Origin: an uncultured virus (IMG/VR IMGVR_UViG_2877800095_000002)
Lineage: Duplodnaviria > Heunggongvirae > Uroviricota > Caudoviricetes
Length of the DNA: 20,000 nucleotides
Strand: one strand, 5' to 3'
Virus record (IMG/VR): IMGVR_UViG_2877800095_000002
How positions within the stretch are numbered: position 1 is the stretch's first letter; every line of letters begins with the position of its first letter. Of the stretch, positions 1-8,586 are shown piece by piece. The position numbers were made by a program, and so were the translations under genes. The notes under the pieces are model-generated. The model was not told the origin of the DNA and did no database searches. It worked only from the letters and a program-made list of their open reading frames with translations.

Positions 1-2
1 TG

Positions 3-3000
3 CTGCGCGAGGCCGTCGATGGCAAGACCACCACCCGCTACGAGCGTTCCCGCCGGATCGACCTGCCGGCGGCCACCAATGGCTGGCAGGTGCGCGTCCG
101 CCGCCTGACGCCGAACCAGAACAACAACCGCATCGCCGACACCATGCTGATCGCCGGCTACACCGAGGTGATCGACGCGAAGCTGCGCTACCCGAACACG
201 GCCCTGCTGTACGTCGAGTTCAGCGCAGAGCAGTTCAGCAACATTCCGGCTGTCACAGTCGACTGTCGCGGGCGGAAGGTCCAAGTGCCGAGCAATTACG
301 ATCCGGAGACCCGGGCCTACCTCGGCATCTGGGACGGCACGATGAAACAGGCCTGGACCGACAACCCGGTCTGGCACACCTACGACATCGTGACCAACGA
401 TCGCTTCGGTGTGGGTAAACGCATCAAGGCCTGGATGGTCGATCGCTGGGAGATGTACCGGATTTCCCAGTACTGCGACCAGTTGGTGCCGGATGGGAAG
501 GGTGGCCAGGAGCCGCGACACACCTGCAACCTGAACCTGCAAAGCCGCGCCGGGGCCTGGGAGCTGCTGCGTGACCTCACCGCGATCTACCGTGGTATGG
601 CGTACTGGGCCCAGGGCCAACTGAAGATCCAGGCGGATATCCCGCGCGCCACCGACGTCGATTTCGCCTACACCCGGGCCAATGTCATTGACGACCGCTT
701 CAGCTACGGCTCGGCCAGTGAGCGCACTCGCTACAGCCGTGCCTTGGTCAGCTACGACAATCCGGCGAACAACTACGACACCGACGTGGCTGTGGCCACC
801 GATAAGCGCCTGCAGCGGCGTTACGGCGACAACCCGGTCGAGGTGGCAGCCATTGGCTGCACCCGCGAGAGTGAGGCCCAGCGGCGCGGAAAATGGGCGA
901 TCCTGACCAACAGCCAGGATCGCACGATAACGTTCCGTACCGGGATGGACGGAGCAATCCCGCTGCCGGGATGGGTGATTCCGGTGGCTGATGCGCTGTT
1001 GGCTGGACGGGAGATCGGCGGGAGGATCTCGGCGGTTGCTGGCCGAGTGATCACCTTGGATCGCGATACTCAGGCGAAGGCTGGCGACCGGCTGCTCCTG
1101 AACCTGCCCAGCGGTAAGGCTGAGGCGCGAACCGTGCAGTCGGTAACCGGGCGCGCGGTGACCGTGACGACAGCCTACAGCGAGACCCCGCTACCGGAAC
1201 TGGTCTGGACCCTCGATGCCGACGACCTGGCGGTGCCGCTCTACCGTGTGATGAAAGTCAGCCAGCCGGAGCGGGGTGTCTTCGAGATCACCGCTCTGCA
1301 GTATGAGCCCGGGAAGTTCTCGGCGATCGACACTGGTGCCAAGTTGGAGAGCCGGCCGATCAGCGTTATCCCGATCACCACAGTTGCGCCGCCGGCGAGC
1401 GTCACGCTGACCTCGCACTACCAGTTCGATCAGGGGTTGGCGGTCAGCACGATGACCATCGCCTGGCCTGTTGTAGAAGGGGCGGTGGCATACGACGTCG
1501 AGTGGAAGAAGGACAGCGGCAACTGGATCCGCCTGCCGCGTGCCGGCACCACCAGCGTCGATGTGACCGGCATCTACGCAGGAGGCTATCTGGCGCGGGT
1601 GCGCGCGGTGTCGGCGTTCGACATCACGTCGGTCTGGAAGAGCTCGATCCTGACCCAGCTCAGCGGTAAGACCGGCGCGCCACCGGCGCTGGCGTTCCTG
1701 CGTACCACCAGCGGACCGTGGAAGATCGGCCTGGAGTGGGCATTCCCGGCCAGTGGCGCGGCGGACACCGCCTACACCGAGATCCAACAGTCGGTTACCC
1801 CGGGCGGCAGCGAACAGAACGCAACTGCCCTGGGCTTGTTCGCATACCCGACCGACACCCACACGCTGACCTCGCTGGCGGCCGGCGCTCGCCTGGCCTT
1901 CCGCGGGCGGCTGATCGACCGGACCGGCAACGTCGGCCCCTGGTCGGCCTGGGTCGACGGTATCAGCTCGACGGATGCGAGCGAGTACAACGAACTGATC
2001 ACCAAGGAGTACGTCGAGTCCGCGCTGGGCGAGCAGTTCTTCGCCGACATCGATCAGATGCAGGTCGATATCAGTGGCCTGCAGGACCAGATCGACAATC
2101 TGACCGATGTGCTGGCCTACGACCCGACGAAGACCTACGCGAAGAACGATATCGTGCGGGTCGGCAACCGGCTGTATCAAGCGAAGCAGGCGGTGCCGCT
2201 CAACGCCTCTCCGCCGAATGCGACCTACTGGGCCGACATCGGACAGTCGATCGAGACGGCCAACGGCCTGGCCCAGCAGGTGGCCACCAACACTGCGGAT
2301 ATCACCGAGCTCGACGGTAAGGTCGAAGCGGCGGCTTCGAGCCTGGATGTTCTGCAGGCTGCCGCCCGCCGGGAGCCGGCGACCGGAGAGAAGGCCGATG
2401 CGCTGAAGGGCTGGGACACCATTGCTCGAGCCGCCACCGAAGTCACCGTGCGGGCGAACGAGGACGAAGCGCAGGCGAAGCGGACGAGCTTGCTTGAAGC
2501 GCGGACTGCAACTGCGGAGGGGCGCATTACCACGGTCGAGCAGGTGACCGCGAGCGACAGACAAGCCACTGCCCAGCGCATCGACCAACTTTCAGCGGAG
2601 GTGGGTAGCAACAGTGCGGCAATCCAGACGACGTCCCAGGCAGTGGCCTCTCTGGATGGGAACGTTCAGGCGCTCTACAGCGTAAAGCTCCAGGCCCATG
2701 CCAATGGGCAGTCGTACGCCGCTGGCTGGCAACTGGGCTTCGACAGCGGCACGAGCGTGACGACCATGGCGTTCCAGGCTGATCGGTTCCTCTGGTTCAA
2801 CAGTTCCAGCGGGCAGACCGTGGCGCCGGTCTCGATCGTCGGAGGCCAGATGTTCATCAACAACGCGATGATTCAGGACGGTTCGATTACGAACGCGAAG
2901 ATCGGCAACGTGATTCAGTCGACCGCACTCGGTGCCAACGGCGAGCCGCTGTGGAAGCTTGATAAAGCAGGGAGTTTGACGATGAACAGCGCAACGTCCG

Positions 3001-3089
3001 GAGGCTTCATGAGGCAGACAGCGGAGGCCGTTAAAGTCTACGACGCGAACCTGGTGTTACGGGTACAGATCGGGAATCTCGACGCATGA
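3..3089 (+). CDS. Phage tail tip/host-specificity protein J (central fibre), 5'-truncated by the window edge
   Basis: Frame is open from base 3, so the GTG at 90 is not the true start. Lambda-J-like motifs KLRYPNTAL, AWTDNPVW, GCTRESEAQRRGKW; FN3-like repeats, a coiled-coil region and a DUF1983-like C-terminus (FINNAMIQDGSITNAKIG). Confidence 0.93.
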   Translation: MREAVDGKTTTRYERSRRIDLPAATNGWQVRVRRLTPNQNNNRIADTMLIAGYTEVIDAKLRYPNTALLYVEFSAEQFSNIPAVTVDCRGRKVQVPSNYDPETRAYLGIWDGTMKQAWTDNPVWHTYDIVTNDRFGVGKRIKAWMVDRWEMYRISQYCDQLVPDGKGGQEPRHTCNLNLQSRAGAWELLRDLTAIYRGMAYWAQGQLKIQADIPRATDVDFAYTRANVIDDRFSYGSASERTRYSRALVSYDNPANNYDTDVAVATDKRLQRRYGDNPVEVAAIGCTRESEAQRRGKWAILTNSQDRTITFRTGMDGAIPLPGWVIPVADALLAGREIGGRISAVAGRVITLDRDTQAKAGDRLLLNLPSGKAEARTVQSVTGRAVTVTTAYSETPLPELVWTLDADDLAVPLYRVMKVSQPERGVFEITALQYEPGKFSAIDTGAKLESRPISVIPITTVAPPASVTLTSHYQFDQGLAVSTMTIAWPVVEGAVAYDVEWKKDSGNWIRLPRAGTTSVDVTGIYAGGYLARVRAVSAFDITSVWKSSILTQLSGKTGAPPALAFLRTTSGPWKIGLEWAFPASGAADTAYTEIQQSVTPGGSEQNATALGLFAYPTDTHTLTSLAAGARLAFRGRLIDRTGNVGPWSAWVDGISSTDASEYNELITKEYVESALGEQFFADIDQMQVDISGLQDQIDNLTDVLAYDPTKTYAKNDIVRVGNRLYQAKQAVPLNASPPNATYWADIGQSIETANGLAQQVATNTADITELDGKVEAAASSLDVLQAAARREPATGEKADALKGWDTIARAATEVTVRANEDEAQAKRTSLLEARTATAEGRITTVEQVTASDRQATAQRIDQLSAEVGSNSAAIQTTSQAVASLDGNVQALYSVKLQAHANGQSYAAGWQLGFDSGTSVTTMAFQADRFLWFNSSSGQTVAPVSIVGGQMFINNAMIQDGSITNAKIGNVIQSTALGANGEPLWKLDKAGSLTMNSATSGGFMRQTAEAVKVYDANLVLRVQIGNLDA

Positions 3090-3370
3090 GCTATGGCATC
3101 CGAATTCGAAACGCAGCCGGAGGGATCGTGATGGACCTCACCGGCCAGTCGGCGCGGACTGTATATCGACAATCGATTGGAGCGATCACAGGAGGAATGG
3201 CAGTGAGTATTCCCGGCTTTGATCCCGCTCGTGGTGTAGTTTTCTTAATCTCAAGCGGCTACCCATTTGGAAACGTCCCTTCCTATAGAATATCTGGAAA
3301 TGTAATTACGTTTTTGCGAGACGGATCTCCAAATGTTACCTATGTCCTGCATGCGGTAATGTTCTCATGA
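3086..3370 (+). CDS. Small tail-tip-associated protein (94 aa)
   Basis: ATGA overlap with J stop. MSYGIRIRNAAG start is typical of small genes following J. Lower GC than J. Confidence 0.75.
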   Translation: MSYGIRIRNAAGGIVMDLTGQSARTVYRQSIGAITGGMAVSIPGFDPARGVVFLISSGYPFGNVPSYRISGNVITFLRDGSPNVTYVLHAVMFS

Positions 3371-4032
3371 GCTACGGTATCCTTGTTCGAGGGAACAATG
3401 GGCAAACAATTATCGATGACTCAAACCCCTGCATGCATATTGTTGAAGGTGGGGTGTATGGCGTTCAAGGAGCGGTGGAAATTGTTGTAAACTACTCGGC
3501 GCCAATTAATTCGCCCTACGAGCCATATGTATACTTCTGTCCTAATGGGCCTCACCAGATTTATAGATTTCGACATCTGGGAGGGGCTGGGGCTTGGTCT
3601 GGATTTGCGTTTTACCAGTCTAGTTTCCAAGATACCGACCCGCCGGTATATGGAGGAAAGTGGAAGGCCGCAGCAGTCATGCTACCCCGTATAGGAGGGT
3701 GGGGCATGCATGTATTCGATGCTCAGTCGCGTGTCATGTTCGACAGTAATCGCGAGATTATACGGTTTGTTGGAGGGGCGCAGGAGTGGGAGTTATACGC
3801 ACATAACCCTAATTGGCCCGGAGGTATGCACATGCAAACATGGGCACTTCCATATCCATATGGGTTGTCCACCTATTTTCTGGTGAGTCATTTTAATCTA
3901 AAGCATATCTATACTCTGGAACCCCCTCGTATAGGGTTCTTGTACAATTCCCGGGTCATGATTTTCGTCTCCTCGTTAGTTCCGGATGAGATCGGATTTA
4001 AGTTCAACTGGCCACTCATTGTTGTCGCGTAA
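3367..4032 (+). CDS. Tail-tip-associated, putative receptor-specificity protein (221 aa)
   Basis: ATGA overlap. Internally repeated motif (YGILVRGNNGQTIIDDS / WGMHVFDAQSRVMFDS) typical of this post-J family. Visibly AT-richer. Confidence 0.75.
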   Translation: MSYGILVRGNNGQTIIDDSNPCMHIVEGGVYGVQGAVEIVVNYSAPINSPYEPYVYFCPNGPHQIYRFRHLGGAGAWSGFAFYQSSFQDTDPPVYGGKWKAAAVMLPRIGGWGMHVFDAQSRVMFDSNREIIRFVGGAQEWELYAHNPNWPGGMHMQTWALPYPYGLSTYFLVSHFNLKHIYTLEPPRIGFLYNSRVMIFVSSLVPDEIGFKFNWPLIVVA

Positions 4033-4048
4033 TTTGATGGAGGCTTAA

Positions 4049-5173
4049 ATGGCATGGTATTCAACCGGCACCGTCGCGGTGACAGAAAATAGCCCGACCG
4101 TCACCGGCACCGGAACTCAGTTTTCTTCTAATGTCCGGGTAGGCGACGCCTTTATTGCCCCTGACGGGCGCCTCTACGAAGTGAGCAACGTCGCCAGTTC
4201 GACGGTCATGTCGATAAAGCCCAACTACCGGGGCAGCACGGCTAGCGGCCAGCCCTATGCGGTGGCGCCAATCCTGGGTTACGACAAGGAGCTGAGCGAT
4301 CGATTCAACCTGATAGCGAACCAGTGGGGAGGGACGCTGGCCGGCATTCAGCCGTGGGCAACGGCACCGACGCCGGCCCAGGCGAGGAACTCGCTCGAGT
4401 TGCGCAGCGCCGCCCAGGCCGATATCGGTACAATGCTTGGAAACGCCATGCCGGTCGGCGCATTCGGGATTGGTTCTGAGCGTCCTGACCGAGCACCATC
4501 GATTCATCGTTATGCGACAAGCGTCGAGATATTCGATTCGACAACTGTTGACTCCGTGGCAACTGGCATTAGCAACGGATCTGTGTTGACGATCGGCTAC
4601 GACGGATCCGACTTGCGAGGAGCGCAGATGTTTTTCGGCCAGGTGCCGGCATCTACGGTCAAAGGTCGGTGCGGGAAATTCTCGTCTGCCCCTATTTTCG
4701 AGTTCTACACGACTATAAACACGACGAGAGCAACCGACGGGACGCTTCGTGCTGCATCGCCGGTCGTGCGTATCGCCAACGTTGATGGGAGCTTGAGACC
4801 GGACCTCAACGAACTGGACTTCGAGCCTGCGGGGGCTTGGGGTGTAGCCAACGCAGAGGCCCGCGGCGTTACTGTTCAACGGCTCGCCGTTGGCGTCTAC
4901 AAGGTCTCTGGTAGCCTGGGGCTAGCGAAAGAGGGCTGGCGCGTGATCGACCCTGCGTCTCCCGACGGCGGTCGCCCACTCGGTATCACTGATAGCGAAC
5001 AGGCTGAGGATGGGACGGTCACCATCCGGCTCTTCAAACAGCGCTGGACACTCAGTGACGACGGCGAAATGGTGCTCGGGAAGGGCGCCCCACTGGATGT
5101 CCCGCTCAACAGTTGGATCGATGTCCGATTGTCGATGCCGGCACCTCCCGAGATGCAGCCCGAGACTCTATGA
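4049..5173 (+). CDS. Phage side tail fibre protein (374 aa)
   Basis: GGAGG RBS. N-terminus MAWYSTGTVAVT..VTGTGTQF resembles Pseudomonas siphophage/F-pyocin fibres; AQARNSLEL linker; C-terminal RAASPVVRI...WIDVRL domain. Confidence 0.87.
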   Translation: MAWYSTGTVAVTENSPTVTGTGTQFSSNVRVGDAFIAPDGRLYEVSNVASSTVMSIKPNYRGSTASGQPYAVAPILGYDKELSDRFNLIANQWGGTLAGIQPWATAPTPAQARNSLELRSAAQADIGTMLGNAMPVGAFGIGSERPDRAPSIHRYATSVEIFDSTTVDSVATGISNGSVLTIGYDGSDLRGAQMFFGQVPASTVKGRCGKFSSAPIFEFYTTINTTRATDGTLRAASPVVRIANVDGSLRPDLNELDFEPAGAWGVANAEARGVTVQRLAVGVYKVSGSLGLAKEGWRVIDPASPDGGRPLGITDSEQAEDGTVTIRLFKQRWTLSDDGEMVLGKGAPLDVPLNSWIDVRLSMPAPPEMQPETL

Positions 5174-5175
5174 CC

Positions 5176-5201
5176 AGCCCGCACTCTGCGGGCTTTTTTT
5201 T
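5176..5201 (+). terminator. Rho-independent terminator after the tail fibre gene
   Basis: Stem AGCCCGCA, loop CTC, TGCGGGCT, then a T run. Confidence 0.8.
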
Positions 5202-5217
5202 GTGCCTGGAGATCAGC

Positions 5218-5847
5218 ATGCCTATCACTGAGCAGCAACTGCTGCAAATCCTCCCGAACGCCGGCCCTCGCGCCGGCGTTTTTGTTGGTGCGCTGAACCG
5301 CGGGATGACGCGCTTCGGTATCACGTCGCCTGTGCGAGTCGCCGCGTTTCTGGCCCAGATCGGCCATGAAAGCGGCCAGTTGACCCGCCTGGTGGAGAAC
5401 CTCAACTACAGCGCGCGCGGCCTGGCTGCGACCTGGCCGATTCGCTACCTCGGCGCCGACGGGCAGCCCAACGCGTTGGCGCAGCGCCTGGCGCGCAATC
5501 CTCGGGCCATCGCCAACAACGCCTACGCCTCGCGCAACGGCAATGGCGACGAGGCCTCCGGCGACGGCTGGCGGTACCGCGGGCGCGGGCTGCTACAGAT
5601 CACCGGCCGGGCGAACTACCGCGCCGCCGGCGCCGGGCTGGGCCAGCCGCTGGAGCAGGAACCAGAGCTGCTCGAGCAGCCGGAATTCGCTGCGCTGTCG
5701 GCGGCCTGGTGGTGGGCCAGTCACGGCTTGAACGACCTGGCCGACCGCGGCGAGTTCGCCGCCATCACTCGGCGCATCAACGGCGGCACGAACGGCCAGG
5801 CGGAGCGCCTGGCGCTGTGGGAGCGGGCGAAGAGGGTGCTGTCGTGA
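5218..5847 (+). CDS. Endolysin, glycoside hydrolase family 19 (209 aa)
   Basis: AAFLAQIGHESG, ENLNYSA, YRGRGLLQITGRANY and ITRRINGG motifs. ATG at 5218 after a GGAG RBS; the ORF-track start at 5113 runs through the terminator. Confidence 0.93.
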   Translation: MPITEQQLLQILPNAGPRAGVFVGALNRGMTRFGITSPVRVAAFLAQIGHESGQLTRLVENLNYSARGLAATWPIRYLGADGQPNALAQRLARNPRAIANNAYASRNGNGDEASGDGWRYRGRGLLQITGRANYRAAGAGLGQPLEQEPELLEQPEFAALSAAWWWASHGLNDLADRGEFAAITRRINGGTNGQAERLALWERAKRVLS

Positions 5848-6212
5848 TCTCCGCCCGTCCTTTATCGGTCGCGCTGGCCTGCCTGCTACTGCTCGGCCTC
5901 GGCGCCGCCGGCGGTGTCTGGCTCGGCGCGCGGCACTACCGGCCGCAGCTTGATGCTGCGCTGGCGGATCTGGTCGCCTGCCGCGCCGCCAGGGGAGGCC
6001 TGGAGGACGCAGTGGCGGAGCAGGTCCGGCAGGTTGCCGCGCTGCGTCAGGCTGGCGAGCAGCGCGCCCGGGATGCCGCGCAGGCTGTGGATCGGGGACG
6101 GCAGCAGGCCGCGGAGCAGTATGCCGAAGCCCAGCGCCTGGTACGTGAGCGAACCGCCGGCGGGCAGTGTGCGGCCGCCGAGGCGGTCATTGATCAGGAG
6201 TTGGGTCTATGA
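5844..6212 (+). CDS. Rz: Inner-membrane spanin (Rz-like, 122 aa)
   Basis: GTGA overlap with endolysin stop. N-terminal TM helix followed by an Ala/Gln-rich coiled coil. Confidence 0.8.
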   Translation: MISARPLSVALACLLLLGLGAAGGVWLGARHYRPQLDAALADLVACRAARGGLEDAVAEQVRQVAALRQAGEQRARDAAQAVDRGRQQAAEQYAEAQRLVRERTAGGQCAAAEAVIDQELGL

Positions 6213-6472
6213 GGGTGGTGCTAATGCTGGTGATGGGCGCGCTGGCGGGATGCGCCGGCCAGGTCGAGCCTGAGCCGCGCACGGTGCGCGTAGAAGTGCC
6301 TGTTGCGGTGCCGTGCCGAGTGCCGGCGGTAGAAGTGCCGGCCTGGGCAGCGGCTGGGCTGAAGAAGAGCGACGACCTACAGACCAAGGTCCGTGCGCTG
6401 CTGGCCGAGCGGCGGCAGCGGATTGGTTACGAGGCGCAACTCCTGGCTGCGAACCAGGCCTGTCAGAATTAG
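6209..6472 (+). CDS. Rz1: Outer-membrane spanin lipoprotein (Rz1-like, 87 aa)
   Basis: Lipobox LAG/C and Pro-rich VEVPVAVPC segment, directly after the Rz-like gene. Confidence 0.82.
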   Translation: MRVVLMLVMGALAGCAGQVEPEPRTVRVEVPVAVPCRVPAVEVPAWAAAGLKKSDDLQTKVRALLAERRQRIGYEAQLLAANQACQN

Positions 6473-6507
6473 GAGTAGACTACGGCCTTTTCCTACGGAG
6501 CAGGGCG

Positions 6508-6771
6508 ATGCTGGTCATTCGATTCAAGGGCTGGTCGGTGAAACTCGACCACCAGGTGGGTGGAGCAGGGAAGTTCGGCATCTGGTCATTCCACGGCTCG
6601 GAGAGCAGCTACGTCCCAGACATGCAGACGATTCTCCGGCATGCAGCGATCCGGCCGGCGGAGCCGAAGGAAAGCGGCGAAGTCGAGGTATTCATCTGCG
6701 ACGCGCGCATGCCGCAGAATGAGTGGCGTGCCATAGGGACGGGCGTTGCTGCCTATGAGGCGGAGCGCTGA
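6508..6771 (+). CDS. Hypothetical phage protein (87 aa)
   Basis: GGAG RBS before ATG 6508. Phage-like codon usage, immediately after the lysis cassette. Confidence 0.7.
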   Translation: MLVIRFKGWSVKLDHQVGGAGKFGIWSFHGSESSYVPDMQTILRHAAIRPAEPKESGEVEVFICDARMPQNEWRAIGTGVAAYEAER

Positions 6772-6875
6772 GTCTAACTCCGTCTGGGTGTGGATGTTGA
6801 GAGCTAGCTGTTTTGCTAGTGGTTGCGGTGTTGTTGGCTACCGAAACTGCGCGCTCGAAGCACGGAAGGAACGCC

Positions 6876-7364
6876 ATGGATATCGAACGGACGCATATTC
6901 ACAGCCAGCACGGCATCAACTTCAGCTTGGCGATCATTCGCCTCGCATGGGCGGAGCGCAGCCGGCTGCTTCACATGAAGTACTGTCCGTCAGTGAAAGC
7001 CAGTCACGCGACTGCTGATCTTGCGGTTGAGGTTTTCGACCGGATGCAGGCAAAGGACCGACCTTGCATACTGAGGGTTTTTGTCTCGCTGCCCCTGACC
7101 CGAGCTCAGGCTGACTCTCTGAACCAGCAGCGTGTCACCGTTGCTGGCATGGTCGGTATGCTTGCGGGTGTAGCCGGTAAACGCATCAACACTTTTGTTG
7201 GAGTTGGCAGCGGCCTTGCAGTTCGTTGGGCGACTCAAGAGAGTCTGCCGACTTACCACTCCGGTGATGTCGTAATCAGCGTTGAAGGGGAGGTGTCCGG
7301 CGGGATTGGGCCTCAGCATTCGGTCAAGTCGGAGATCGTCCAGAGCGCGGGAGAGCCCGCATGA
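6876..7364 (+). CDS. Hypothetical protein with glycine-zipper-like hydrophobic hairpin (162 aa)
   Basis: AAGGA RBS before ATG 6876. Segment VAGMVGMLAGVAG...FVGVGSGLAV. Confidence 0.65.
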   Translation: MDIERTHIHSQHGINFSLAIIRLAWAERSRLLHMKYCPSVKASHATADLAVEVFDRMQAKDRPCILRVFVSLPLTRAQADSLNQQRVTVAGMVGMLAGVAGKRINTFVGVGSGLAVRWATQESLPTYHSGDVVISVEGEVSGGIGPQHSVKSEIVQSAGEPA

Positions 7365-7606
7365 ATGATGTCATCCAGTTCGCCATCTGGACTGTAGTCA
7401 TTGTTGCGGTCGGTCACCTAGTGCGCAACAGGGAGGTCCGTAAGTGGCTTGGGATCGCTGTGTTTGTTGCGGCTTGGGTGCTTATTCTTCGCTTCTCCTC
7501 GGTCAAGTTGGCAGGCTTTGGTCTTGACATCTTGGGGATTTGCCTTGGCATCCTCGGGGTTGACCTTTTCGTTCGTAGAGACCGCTTCTCGAAAGCTGAC
7601 GAGTAA
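7361..7606 (+). CDS. Small membrane protein, about 3 TM helices (81 aa)
   Basis: ATGA overlap with the previous gene; three hydrophobic stretches. Confidence 0.7.
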   Translation: MNDVIQFAIWTVVIVAVGHLVRNREVRKWLGIAVFVAAWVLILRFSSVKLAGFGLDILGICLGILGVDLFVRRDRFSKADE

Positions 7607-7743
7607 GAGTTGTTGGCTAATAAGAAAAATATGTTTGTTCGAGTGCTAACGTAAGTTGAGTTTGTTGAGCAGCTTCGTGCGCTTAGTACGGTGCTGTCGG
7701 CTAGGTAAATGTCAAGTTTCTATAAGTTTGAGAGATAAATTCT

Positions 7744-8241
7744 GTGGAAATAGACCTGACTCCTGAGGTAAGAAAAGCACTGCACTCAGTTTACGAAGAG
7801 GTTATGTGGCTAGCTGGCCGGCCGAATGTGACACCAAGTCGGGCGAGAGCTTGGTATACCCATGTCATGGCAGAGAGCTTAAAGCGTCACATTCGGAGGT
7901 TTACGGGAATGGTGTCGCATAAAGCTGTCGTGGATAGTGGAGCGGACTTACGCTTGGAGCATTATATGCGGATCCAGACCACGCTGACGCAACTAGTTGA
8001 TCTTCATCGAAGTCGGAAAGTGTACGATGTGGACGGGTTTGTACGTACACTAATAGATTGCGAGTCTGTTCATATTGTAACGAAGGATGAGAACTATGCG
8101 GCTATGCGTGCAAAAGGGTGCTACGAGACGGCTAAGATTCAGCTTGTAGCATGGGGTGAGATTCACAAGCAACGCCGGGATGAGCTTTGGCGATTGATGT
8201 TGCGAAATAAAGTTTCAAACTACAATAGCTTTCGAGACTGA
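7744..8241 (+). CDS. Hypothetical protein, possible His-Me finger (HNH-like) nuclease (165 aa)
   Basis: Own AT-rich upstream region. Pattern LRLEH...VHIVTKDEN...Y..A.I resembles beta-beta-alpha-Me nucleases. Function is inference. Confidence 0.6.
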   Translation: MEIDLTPEVRKALHSVYEEVMWLAGRPNVTPSRARAWYTHVMAESLKRHIRRFTGMVSHKAVVDSGADLRLEHYMRIQTTLTQLVDLHRSRKVYDVDGFVRTLIDCESVHIVTKDENYAAMRAKGCYETAKIQLVAWGEIHKQRRDELWRLMLRNKVSNYNSFRD

Positions 8242-8306
8242 CGGGAGTGCTCTGCCGAGAAATACTTGTTTAAAGCGAGGTTGTTCTTTTCTCCAAACGC
8301 CTTGGT

Positions 8307-8390
8307 CGGCTCGCCGACTAGCTTGGCCCGCATCGACAGCGCGTCGACGAACTCGTGAAGTGCCGCGTACTGCGAAAGCCTGCCGTACAT
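8307..8390 (-). pseudogene. 5' remnant of an SOS-response-associated peptidase (SRAP/YedK family) gene
   Basis: Translates MYGRLSQYAALHEFVDALSM..LVGEP, matching the MCGR N-terminus of Pseudomonas SRAP proteins with catalytic Cys2 changed to Tyr. Similarity is lost after about 28 codons. Confidence 0.7.
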
Positions 8391-8427
8391 CGCATCGTTC
8401 CAGCCGGAGTGATGCGGTAAGTGGAGT

Positions 8428-8514
8428 TCAGGTGGGCCAGCGCCACGGCCGGAAGTCACCGGGGATCTGCTCGGCGAGTTGCAGCGTCCCGCCGGCCTCG
8501 AGTTCGATCACGAG
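8428..8514 (-). pseudogene. Start-less 3' remnant of a GC-rich phage gene upstream of SRAP
   Basis: Frame reads ...LVIELEAGGTLQLAEQIPGDFRPWRWPT-stop with host-like codon bias, but has no convincing start before the stop codon of the upstream gene. Confidence 0.45.
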
Positions 8515-8586
8515 GTGCGAGGTCGTAGTGGCGGATTGTGGGGAGGAAAGCGCTAGCTTCCCTCTCCGCCCGGTAAGTCCGTGTAC

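Noticed and set aside
1191..2588. 465-aa minus-strand ORF
   Set aside because: Antisense shadow of J caused by GC-rich codon bias; no recognisable motifs.
4061..4879. 272-aa minus-strand ORF
   Set aside because: Antisense shadow of the tail fibre gene.
1..6472. Interpretation as an F-type pyocin (tailocin) locus
   Set aside because: Genes are similar, but here lysis genes follow the fibre and the element ends at a dusA att site with morons. R/F pyocins sit between trpE and trpG.
5176..6472. Missing holin as an anomaly
   Set aside because: In many Pseudomonas lambdoid phages and pyocin loci the holin lies far upstream of the endolysin, so it is probably outside the window.
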